A DNA stretch of 64,000 nt. It comes from Firmicutes bacterium UBA5509. Its GTDB lineage: Bacteria > Bacillota > Proteinivoracia > UBA4975. A program made the position numbers and the translations under genes. Each line of letters begins with the position of its first letter. Within the stretch, counting starts at the first letter, position 1. The notes beneath the pieces are model-generated. The model ran no database searches. It saw only the letters and a program-made list of their open reading frames with translations, and had not been told where the DNA came from. Below are positions 46,219 through 55,700 of the stretch, in pieces. The stretch spans positions 41,103-105,102 of the forward strand of contig DIOR01000019.1 of NCBI GenBank assembly GCA_002423965.1, read 5' to 3'.

Positions 46219-47183
46219 TGCCCTCGGATTTCAAAGGCATAAAGGTTCTCATTACGGGGGCCAGTGGCTTCATAGGCGCCCACCTTGCAGAAAGGCTGGT
46301 TATTGCCGGAGCCCATGTGACGGTTATGGTTCGGGAAAATTCCGACCTCTGGCGGCTGGAGGGCATTAAAGAATGGATTTCCCTGAGCCTGGGAGATTTG
46401 CGGGTGCAGCAAGAGGTGGAGAACTGTGTCAAAACTATCCGCCCCGAGTATGTCTTCCATCTGGGGGCCTATGGGGTAGATTCCAGGCAAGGAGATGAAG
46501 TCCAGGCCGTCAACACAAATGTCTTAGGATTGGTTTTCTTGGTCAATGCCCTTTTGGAGACGGGATGCACAAAACTCATCAATATTGGCTCCTGCATGGA
46601 ATATGGCAATAAGGATGAGATGGTAAAAGAAGATGATTACCTTGCGCCCTTTAATATATACGGCAGCACTAAAGCCGCCGGGACCATTATCGCCCATCAG
46701 CTGGCCGCCCGGGGAGGGCTACCCCTGGTAACATTAAGGGCTTTCGGAATATTTGGGGAGGGGGAAGGTAGCCATAAGTTTTTCCCCAATATAATTATCT
46801 CTATTCTCCAGGGCAAAGAAGTTAGATTGACAGGTTGCGAACAATTCCGGGATTATTGCTATGTGGACAATTTAGTGGATGCCTTTCTCCTTGCTGCCGG
46901 GGATCAGCATTGCCAAAACGAGATCTTTAATGTGGGCAGTGGCACAATCCGCACCCTAAGGGAATATGTCGAGATGATCTACCAGCGTATGGACAGTCAG
47001 CTCAAGCCAAAATACGGGGCAATACCTTACAGGCCTGTGGAGTATTGGCGACCCTGGCCGGATACAGGGAAGATTCATTCTGTACTCCATTGGGAGCCCA
47101 GAATAAGCTTAGAAGATGGGTTAGATAGGACCATTAACTGGTACAGATGCAACCTAGATAAATACATGGGAACAGGCAGGTGA
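46218..47183 (+). CDS. NAD-dependent nucleotide-sugar epimerase/reductase
   Basis: TGASGFIG, GSCMEYG, YGSTK, RDYCYV. Confidence 0.85.
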   Translation: MPSDFKGIKVLITGASGFIGAHLAERLVIAGAHVTVMVRENSDLWRLEGIKEWISLSLGDLRVQQEVENCVKTIRPEYVFHLGAYGVDSRQGDEVQAVNTNVLGLVFLVNALLETGCTKLINIGSCMEYGNKDEMVKEDDYLAPFNIYGSTKAAGTIIAHQLAARGGLPLVTLRAFGIFGEGEGSHKFFPNIIISILQGKEVRLTGCEQFRDYCYVDNLVDAFLLAAGDQHCQNEIFNVGSGTIRTLREYVEMIYQRMDSQLKPKYGAIPYRPVEYWRPWPDTGKIHSVLHWEPRISLEDGLDRTINWYRCNLDKYMGTGR

Positions 47184-47231
47184 CATCAACTGAATACAAT
47201 TAATAAGGTCATCCTAGAAGATATCGAGACC

Positions 47232-48263
47232 TTGAGTAAAAATAGTAAATTAGAGGAACTAGGGGGAACCACCTGGCTAATTAGCGGCGGAGGGGGATTT
47301 ATCGGCAGCTACTTCCTGGATCTCCTAAGGGTATGTAATGAAAGGGTTTTTAGCCGGCCCTGCCGGGTTCTATGTATAGATAATTTTCTCACCGGCGTTC
47401 CCGATAGGGTCAGGCACTTACTGGATAATAAGCATTTTCACTTTATCAACGGGGATATTACCAAGCCCCTGGAAATCATCGGCGATGTCCACTACATCAT
47501 CCATGCAGCAGGCATTGCCTCTCCCCCCATCTATCGTCAGTATCCCCTGGAAACCATTGAAGTCAATGTAACGGGTCTAAAAAACCTCCTGGAGCTGGCA
47601 ATTACCAAGAAGCCCAAGAGTTTTATGTACTTTTCCAGCAGCGAAATATATGGAGACCCCAGTCCAGAGAATATCCCCACTGCTGAAGATTACAATGGCA
47701 ATGTGTCCTGCACCGGTCCCCGGGCTTGTTATGATGAATCCAAGAGATTGGGGGAGACCTTGGCTGTCAACTATTTCCGCCAATACGATTTGCCTGTAAA
47801 GGTTGTCCGCCCCTTTAATATCTATGGCCCTGGCCTGCACCTGGGAGATAGGCGAGTGCTGCCGGACTTTTTCCGGGGGGCGATTATGGAGAAAAAAATC
47901 CGGGTCTTAAGTGATGGGTCTCCTACCCGGAGCTTTTGTTATATCCGGGACGGCATTGCCGGCTTTTTGTCTGTGCTCCTCTCCGACTTTCAAGGGGAAG
48001 CCTTTAACATTGGCAGTGACCAAGAGACCAGCATCATAGAATTGGCCCACTTAGTTGCCGATATTACAGGAGATGTGGAAGTTGAGTTTCAGCAAAGCCC
48101 GGATGCGGAGTACCTTACTGACAACCCCCGCCGTCGCTGCCCCGACTTGACCAAGGCAAAAGCTCTGTTGGAATACCGGCCCCAAGTCAGTCTGGAAGCG
48201 GGGCTGAGGCGGATGTTGGCCTGGTACACTGATGTTTATGTAAATAAGGGGGTGAAAGTATGA
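47232..48263 (+). CDS. NAD-dependent epimerase/dehydratase, UDP-glucuronate decarboxylase-like
   Basis: SGGGGFIG, HAAGIASP, SSSEIYG, CYDESKR, RPFNIYGP, RRRCPD. Confidence 0.82.
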   Translation: MSKNSKLEELGGTTWLISGGGGFIGSYFLDLLRVCNERVFSRPCRVLCIDNFLTGVPDRVRHLLDNKHFHFINGDITKPLEIIGDVHYIIHAAGIASPPIYRQYPLETIEVNVTGLKNLLELAITKKPKSFMYFSSSEIYGDPSPENIPTAEDYNGNVSCTGPRACYDESKRLGETLAVNYFRQYDLPVKVVRPFNIYGPGLHLGDRRVLPDFFRGAIMEKKIRVLSDGSPTRSFCYIRDGIAGFLSVLLSDFQGEAFNIGSDQETSIIELAHLVADITGDVEVEFQQSPDAEYLTDNPRRRCPDLTKAKALLEYRPQVSLEAGLRRMLAWYTDVYVNKGVKV

Positions 48264-49609
48264 GGATAGCAATTATCGGCACGGGCTACGTGGGTTTGGT
48301 GACAGGGGCCTGCCTGGCTTATATGGGGCATCAGGTGGTTTGTGTAGATAGAGAAGCCAGCATTGTCACTAATATCAACAATATGGAACCCCCAATTTAT
48401 GAACCGGGCTTGGAGGAAATCCTCCAGCAGGTTGTCTCCTCCGGTTTCTTAAGGGCTACCACCGCTATTGGGGCAGCGGTCCAGGGGGCGGAAGTGACCA
48501 TAATTGCCGTAGGCACTCCCCTAGGAGAGGCCGGAATAGACTTGGGGCAGGTAGAGAATGCTGCCAGGGAAATTGGCACTGCCTTAAAAGAAAAGACTGA
48601 GTACCATGTAGTTAGTGTAAAGAGCACAGTAGTGCCCACCACCACAGATACAGTAGTCAAAGGCATACTAGAGCAGTTCTCTGGAAAGTCCCTAGGGGAA
48701 TTTGGCTTGACCATGAATCCGGAGTTCCTTCGAGAAGGAAATGCCATCCCAGACTTTATGTATCCTGATCGCATTGTTATCGGCGCCAATGATGCTAAGA
48801 GCCTAGAGGTCATGAAAAGGGTATATGCAGGCTTTGAGGGGCCAATAGTGGCGACAAATTTAAGGACCGCCGAGATGATAAAATACACCGCCAATGCCCT
48901 CTTGGCTACCTTAATATCTTATGCCAATGAGATTGCCGGTTTTTGCGAGGCCACGGGAGAGGTGGATGTCAAAGATGTCTTTGCTGCCGTGGCTTTGGAT
49001 CAGCGCTTTACTCCCAGGGTGGGCAATAGCATAGTCTATCCCGAGATGCTCAACTACCTCCAGGCAGGATGTGGCTATGGAGGCAGCTGTTTCCCCAAGG
49101 ACCTTCAGGCCCTTCAGGCTTTTGCCAAGGGGAAGGGTTGTTCCCCCCGGCTGGTATCTGCCGCTATTGAAACTAATGAAGAACAAGCAGAGCGGATACT
49201 ACACAGATTGGAAGGGGCAATGGGATCCCTTAAGGGCAAAAAAATAGCCGTCTTAGGTCTGGCCTTTAAGCCGGGGACCGACGATGTTCGTGAATCTCCT
49301 GCCCTCAGGATAATAAAGGGACTGCTGGCCAGGGGGGCAGAGGTTTCTGCCACCGACCCCATCGCCATTGAAAAGATGAAGCAGACCCTTGGTGAGCAGG
49401 GTGTATCCTTTCCCGAAAATTATGAGGCTGCCCTCCAGGGGGCAGAAGGGGTGCTGCTGGTTACTCCCTGGCGGCAGTATGTAGAAATCCCAGGGGAAAA
49501 GTATGTGCAGCTAATGGCATACCCCTTGGTGGTAGACTGCCGCCGGGTTCTGGATAAGGGCCACCTGGAAAGGGTGGGGGCAGACTATATCGGCGTCGGT
49601 TTAGCCTAA
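48260..49609 (+). CDS. ugd: UDP-glucose/GDP-mannose dehydrogenase family
   Basis: IGTGYVG, VGTP, KSTV, NPEFLREG, GYGGSCFPKD, LAFKPGTDDVRESP. Confidence 0.9.
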   Translation: MRIAIIGTGYVGLVTGACLAYMGHQVVCVDREASIVTNINNMEPPIYEPGLEEILQQVVSSGFLRATTAIGAAVQGAEVTIIAVGTPLGEAGIDLGQVENAAREIGTALKEKTEYHVVSVKSTVVPTTTDTVVKGILEQFSGKSLGEFGLTMNPEFLREGNAIPDFMYPDRIVIGANDAKSLEVMKRVYAGFEGPIVATNLRTAEMIKYTANALLATLISYANEIAGFCEATGEVDVKDVFAAVALDQRFTPRVGNSIVYPEMLNYLQAGCGYGGSCFPKDLQALQAFAKGKGCSPRLVSAAIETNEEQAERILHRLEGAMGSLKGKKIAVLGLAFKPGTDDVRESPALRIIKGLLARGAEVSATDPIAIEKMKQTLGEQGVSFPENYEAALQGAEGVLLVTPWRQYVEIPGEKYVQLMAYPLVVDCRRVLDKGHLERVGADYIGVGLA

Positions 49610-49610
49610 A

Positions 49611-50027
49611 ATGAGTTGGATAAATACAGGCCCCAGCTGGGAACTCATCCTGCTCTCGCCCTTTGTAGATTCCCGGGGGTCCTTAAAAAAAGTCCTCCTG
49701 CAGAGTCGGCTGGACTCAGACATCTGTGAGGCCTACCTTCTCTTTACTAATCCAGGAGCCATCCGGGGAAATCATTACCACCGGACTACACTGGAGTATT
49801 TCTTCGTGGTCCAAGGAACTGGGGCAATTGCCCTTCAAGGCCCCGGGGAGGAAGCTCCTAGGGTCATGGAAGTGTCGGCAGAAGATAATCTGCTTTTAAA
49901 AGTCCCTCCCGGAACCGCTCATGCCTTTAAAAATTAAGGGGAGGGGCAGTTAATCATCCTCGCTCTGTCCACCCAAGAGTACAGTAAAGAGGACCCGGAT
50001 ACATTTCCCCTGATTCTTCTCTGCTAA
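49611..50027 (+). pseudogene. Cupin-fold sugar epimerase/isomerase (WxcM/FdtA-like) interrupted by in-frame TAA at 49935-49937
   Basis: DSRG, RGNHYH, PPGTAHAFKN then TAA; same frame continues GEGQLIILALSTQEYSKEDPDTFPLILLC to TAA 50025-50027 just before the next RBS. Confidence 0.75.
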
Positions 50028-50038
50028 AGAAAGGGAGT

Positions 50039-51910
50039 GTGGCTGTGAAACATTTCTACTGCTCTTCATTTAGCAAGGGCTATGCATACAAGGGCTTGCT
50101 TCTCTATGAATCCCTTCTCAAATGGGATAAAGACTTTCACTTCTTTTTCATTTGCTTGCACCCGGAGGTAAAGGAACTCTATAAAAAAATGAACTTAAAA
50201 CACGCAACCCTTATATCCCTGTCTGACCTTGAAGGGCAGGACCCGGAGTTGCTTACGGTAAAGGGCAGCCGCAATGAAAAGGAATATGCCTGGACGGTAA
50301 AAGCCTCAGTAATGCTACACCTATTTAATAATTTCCCCCAGATAGACCACATCGTCTGGCTGGATGGGGATACCTTCTTTTATTCTGACCCCCAACCCAT
50401 CTTTGAGGAATGGGGAAGCCAGTCCATAGTCCTTACCGAGGAAAAATGGAGTGAAGCCAATAAAAAGCGTCGCTATACAAGGGGGATATTTAATACAGGC
50501 TTTATGGGCTTCAAAAGAGATAACCATGCCCTCAACTGTCTCAGTTGGTTCCGGCAAAAACTAATTCAGTGGTGCTATGACCGTCTGGAAGACGGCCTCT
50601 GGAGCGATCAACTCTATGTAAATGACTGGCCCACCAGGTTTCAGGCGGGAATTATTAAAAACCTGGGGGTAAATGTAGGGCCCTGTATTATCCAGGATTG
50701 CTCCCTGACAAAGAAGGGTGAGGATTTCTATGTAAACGGAGAAAAGCTGATCTTTTATCACTCCTACGGATTCAGGTATTTTGACGGCAATGAGTTTGAT
50801 CTCTGCAGCTATATCATGACCTTTAAGGACAATGTAATTCAGTGGATATACCAACCCTATATTGATGCCTGTCGGCAGATAGTGGCCCGGATTCGGCAAG
50901 TAAAAAAAGACTTCTATCCCCAAACAAGACCCCGCCATCAATTTATCCGCAACTATTATAACTTGGCGGCTAATACCGGTGGCTTAGGCCCGGGACCCCA
51001 TATCTGCACCCTCTTTACAAAGGACTACCTAATCCAAGGGCTGGCCCTATATAACTCCCTTAGACAGACTACCCCTGACTTTCATCTCTGGGTCCTTTGC
51101 GTAGATGATGAGGCCTATACCCTTTTGGCAAAAATGCATCTGCCCAAAGTAACCTTAATCAGCCTTGAGAATGTAAAAACGGAAAGATTGGCAGCCCTTG
51201 CTTTGCAAAGGAAAATCAATGAATTTTGCTGGACCCTGAAAGCTAGTTTCGTCATGTACTTACTAAAAAACAATGTCAACCTGGACTCAATACTATACCT
51301 TGATGCCGATCTGTATTTTTTCCGGGATGTCAAAAGCATCCACCGGGAATGGGGAGATAAATCCATATTCTTGACAAAGCTTTGGCTGGGTCCAAAATGG
51401 GCCAAAAAAGTCGGCACATTTTCCGCCGGCCTCATCGGCTTTAAGCGGGACCGGGGCGGGATGAGATGCCTAGCCTCCTGGCGCCGGAAATGCCTGAAAT
51501 GGTGCTCCCAGCGACCAGACCGGGGGCGCTGGGCAGATCAAAAATATCTGGACCGCTGGCCCAGCATCACTGACAGCATCACAATCTCCTCCAACAAAGG
51601 GATTAACACCGGCCCCTGGAATATTCGCAAAGGCACCGTTGTCCAAGAAACAAACCAAGCCTTGACCTTTGAAGACCAACCATTGATCTGCTATCATTTC
51701 AGCGGCTTTGAGCTCATAAGCCAAAACGAAGTTGAGTTATGTAATCGGAAGAGATTGCCGGAACATGCCGAGAAAATATATTCAACTTATCTCCGGGCAA
51801 TTTTCAAAGCAATCCGCCAGGTGAAGGCAGTCGATGCCAGCTTCATGGCAAAGGCGCTACAAGATAAGGACCCGCTGCAGCTAAGAAATTACCGGCGGCT
51901 TCAGGAGTAG
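50039..51910 (+). CDS. Tandem two-domain glycosyltransferase (each half YfnD-like)
   Basis: Halves share EY/FxWTxKAS, DxD (WLDGD, YLDAD), GFKRD, WxDQxY, YH.SG-type motifs. Confidence 0.8.
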   Translation: MAVKHFYCSSFSKGYAYKGLLLYESLLKWDKDFHFFFICLHPEVKELYKKMNLKHATLISLSDLEGQDPELLTVKGSRNEKEYAWTVKASVMLHLFNNFPQIDHIVWLDGDTFFYSDPQPIFEEWGSQSIVLTEEKWSEANKKRRYTRGIFNTGFMGFKRDNHALNCLSWFRQKLIQWCYDRLEDGLWSDQLYVNDWPTRFQAGIIKNLGVNVGPCIIQDCSLTKKGEDFYVNGEKLIFYHSYGFRYFDGNEFDLCSYIMTFKDNVIQWIYQPYIDACRQIVARIRQVKKDFYPQTRPRHQFIRNYYNLAANTGGLGPGPHICTLFTKDYLIQGLALYNSLRQTTPDFHLWVLCVDDEAYTLLAKMHLPKVTLISLENVKTERLAALALQRKINEFCWTLKASFVMYLLKNNVNLDSILYLDADLYFFRDVKSIHREWGDKSIFLTKLWLGPKWAKKVGTFSAGLIGFKRDRGGMRCLASWRRKCLKWCSQRPDRGRWADQKYLDRWPSITDSITISSNKGINTGPWNIRKGTVVQETNQALTFEDQPLICYHFSGFELISQNEVELCNRKRLPEHAEKIYSTYLRAIFKAIRQVKAVDASFMAKALQDKDPLQLRNYRRLQE

Positions 51911-51915
51911 AGGCC

Positions 51916-52668
51916 GTGAAGAGAAAAAAGAGCAAGACCAAACTGGATAAAATCAATGCCCTGCTTACCGACCCATACATCTCCCGCCATGTCCCTGAGA
52001 CCATGGAGTATGAGGAGAAAAACCTCTGGAGGATGCTGCGGAAGCATTCCACTGTGTATGTAAAACCTGTCAAGGGGCATATGGGCCTTGGCATCTTCCG
52101 GGTAAAAAAGTTCTCCGAAGCCAGGTATGAAATAAGTTCCGCCAACTATATCCAACAGGTAAGAGGGACCCAATTAGTGCCGCAAGTTACCGCCCTTGTG
52201 GGAGATAAAGATTACTTCCTGCAGCAGGGAATAGACCTGGCCACTTACAAAAACTGCCCCTTTGACATTCGCATTGTGATGCAAAGGCCATACAAGGTGT
52301 GGCGGCTGACCTTGTCTTCCGCCAAGGTGGCCAACAGGGAAGGCGCCGTCGTCACCAATGTGGCCCAGGGGGCAACGGACTACCCCCTAGATGAAATCCT
52401 CAAGAAGTATGATCAGCGTCGCAATCCCCTATCTACCTTCAGGGAGCTGGTGGATCTCAGTCATCAAATTGCCAGTGTATTGGGTTCTGCATTTTCCATG
52501 AAGATAGTGGGATTGGATCTGGCCCTGGACAAGAAAGGTAGGATATGGTTCTTAGAAGGCAACAACCAGCCTCAATGCGCCCGCTGTAAATTAGTCAACG
52601 ATAAAATGTCCAAGGAGAAATATGAGGAAGCCCGCCGCTGGCTTACAGAAGAAAAGACCCACCAATGA
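51916..52668 (+). CDS. YheC/YheD family ATP-grasp protein
   Basis: VYVKPVKGHMGLGI, LQQGIDL, PFDIRIVMQR, VTNVAQG, GLDLALDKKGRIWFLEGN. Confidence 0.85.
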   Translation: MKRKKSKTKLDKINALLTDPYISRHVPETMEYEEKNLWRMLRKHSTVYVKPVKGHMGLGIFRVKKFSEARYEISSANYIQQVRGTQLVPQVTALVGDKDYFLQQGIDLATYKNCPFDIRIVMQRPYKVWRLTLSSAKVANREGAVVTNVAQGATDYPLDEILKKYDQRRNPLSTFRELVDLSHQIASVLGSAFSMKIVGLDLALDKKGRIWFLEGNNQPQCARCKLVNDKMSKEKYEEARRWLTEEKTHQ

Positions 52669-52680
52669 CAGGTGGGTCTT
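52654..52680. terminator. Hairpin between convergent genes
   Basis: AAGACCCACC-aatgaca-GGTGGGTCTT. Confidence 0.7.
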
Positions 52681-52714
52681 AGTCCTGAATGACGTGGTGA
52701 AGTGAGCCAGACTT

Positions 52715-55700
52715 CTAGTATGGCGGGTTCAGATGTTTAAAGTTCCTGGTCTTCGAAGTGAGGGTTAACAAGGTGAATGAGGCAATTGCCAACAGAGTTG
52801 TTTGTAAAGCAAATACACTGGCCTCAACATAGGCCTTGTCAATAATTAAGTCTTGCAACACTGGCAACGACAGGACAGATATCAGGGCGGTAAAAGTTAC
52901 GATTGCCGCCAATATTTTTGTCGCCCATTTGGCGTGGAATATCGTAAGAATACTTAACAGCAGACACCCCGCAAACAGGAATGTGTTTTCAGGCATGATA
53001 TAGGTATACAGATACACATCTTCAAAAGCCACCAAAGAAATAAATCCCAGCAAGCATACAATGCTTATCCACTTCAGCTTGTTGCGTGGCACAAAGCGGC
53101 GCCACACTTTGTACTTTGTGAATTGCTTTGCAAACCAATTCTTGGGGCCGACTTCTTTCTGGGCCTCTGTATCTTTCAGCTCAACGGCTAGTTCTTTAGA
53201 TATGGTTTCTAATATTTTTAACTCCATGTGACCTGCATTGCCATAGGTGCGGATGTCCTTGAGCCGTTGCTTGGCTAAATCCAGCCAATGTTGTTCCCCG
53301 GGTAAACCTATGGAAAAGGCCGCCTTGAGGAAATTGCTGATCAGGCACGGCATATTTATACCTCCGCCAGAATCAATAATTGGTTGCAAGATAGTCAGGG
53401 CCTCCGAAAACAATCCTTGTTTTAGACAGTCAGTGGCTAAATTTGATGCCGCTATTTCCTCCATGCTATCCAGACCCAAGGCGTCCCTGAATTTACCTTG
53501 AGCAGATTGGGGCTTACCCATCCAGCTGAGGCAATAACCTTGCATTGCCAGGGCATAAGCTTTCTGCTCTGTTTCACTATAACATTCATACAGTCTTTCA
53601 TATGCCTGTAAGGCTGATTGCCACTCCCCCCTATCAGATAATATGTTGCCATACCAGAAAATAACGTTGATATTATCGGGGAAAAGGCTGTAGGCCTTAG
53701 AGATGGTTGCTATGGCCTCATCTCCTTGTCTTGAACGATGAAGGGAAGCAGCCAAGTAGGTATAGATATAATCCTCGGCATTCTCCATGACCACATCAGT
53801 ATTAAGCCAAGTGCTGGCCTCATGGTAGCGGCAATCTTCATAGAGCCAAATTGCCAGTCCAATATAGGCATCTCTTTTTTGCTTAGGGGTCAGGCGTGGG
53901 TCATTGATATGGATTTGCAAGTCCTCAAGCTTATCCAGGTTATATAGAGTCCGCATCAAGCCTGCCAGGGCCTTTTCGGTCCCATCCCTTCTGAAGGATT
54001 GGGCCCATTTTTTTTCTGCCTCCGAAAGATGGGCATGGCGTTCAAAGTGTATGGCCACCTCATTGAGGGATTTAAGATCATCAGAATTAGCCGCCAGATA
54101 GGATTCCAGCAAGACAGCGGCTTCATTTACTTGGCCTACTGCCTCTAAGTAACGGGCATGTACTAATTTGCTATGCAGATACCCTGCCGGCAGCAGTGGA
54201 AGAAAGGAATCGAACTCCTGGACGATGCCCGCATCATCCAAAAAGGAAATCAAGCTATTCCAGTAATATGGATCATCTTTGAATTTCCCGGATATTTGGC
54301 GCAGCATAGTTTTCGCCTCTGCCAGTCTATCGGTTTGGCGGTAAAGGTCTGCCAGGGAGAAGTACACGCCAGGAGGGGGATCAGCGGATTTGAGCAACTC
54401 AGTATAGCTTGTTTCTGCTTCTGTCCACCGTTTCTCACACCTCTGAATCTCCGCCAGGCGATAGCGGGGAAAGACACCGTCAGATTCCAGCCCCAAAGCC
54501 TGATGGTAAAGGACTTTTGCCTGCTCCATTTCCCCTTCCACCTCCCAAAGGGAGCCAAGATAACACAGGAGGTCTTCCGAGGGCCCTAGCTTGAACAAGA
54601 TGCCTTCAATTACCTGCTTGCCCTTTGCAGTGTTCCCTTTCTTGCATAGATCCAGCAATTGATCCAGGGGCCATTGGTATGTGGGGTCAAGCTCAATGGC
54701 TTTCTCCAGGTGGACAAAGGCCTTTTCCTCCTGCCCTGCCCGCTCAAGGATATGTGCGCACTGGGCATGCAAATATGGCGAGTTCGGTTGTTTGCCCAGA
54801 GCAGTTTCGATAGTTTCCTCTGCCTCTTCCGGGCGTCCGGTTTCCAACAAACAGGAAGATATCAATGCCGATACCTTGAGGTCATCCTGTTTTTCCATGG
54901 ATTTCACCAGGTATGTTAGTGCTTCGCTGTAGCGCTCACGCTCAAAAAGAATCCGGCCCAAGCTCCCCAGCAATTCCGGATGCTCTTCGGTCACCGTCAA
55001 CCCGTGTTTTAACCAGTTAATCACTCCCCGAAAATTCCCCAGCATTTCATTAATCCTGGAAAAATACTCGTAGGGCCACGGCCGCTGAGGTTCCAAAGAG
55101 ATAACTTTTCGGAAGCAATCCGCCGCCTCGTCATACTGCAGTTGCTCTAAGTAACAGAGCCCTAGATGTTCCAGTGTCCAACAGTCTTCGGAATCCATGG
55201 CCAGAGCCTTCTTAAAACACTCTTCGGCCTGGGCATATTGCCCCTGTCGGAGGTGGTTTTCGCCAAGATTTGCATATAGCCAATCTCTCCCCGGCTGAAG
55301 TTCCAAGGCCCAATTGAAATATTCTTCCGCCAAAGAAAACTCACCTTGGTTCATCAGGACTTGCCCCAGGATGGCCAGACTTTCCACAGACTCCGGATAA
55401 ACGCGGACGGCCTTTCGGGCAATAGCTAGAGCCTTCTCCAGGTCTTCATCATGAAACAAAGCCAGTCTTGCTTGCAGCAATGTGCCGTACCAACCCAACT
55501 CCCTATCCCTTAAAGTTTTCATGCGGTCAGAAGCTTCGCTTAACAAGCCCCGTCCCAACAGGGAGTTGATGACCCTGAGGCGGAAGAATTCCAGATACTG
55601 AGGCGCATCCCAAAGTTGTTCAACAGCCAGGCGAAAATCTGCTTCCTCCACCTGCGGGGGCCTGCAATCTATAAGAAATTGCGAGTAATATATTTTCCCT

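Noticed and set aside
49935-49937. Recoding (Sec/Pyl) of the internal stop in the cupin gene
   Set aside because: The codon is TAA, which is not used for Sec (TGA) or Pyl (TAG)
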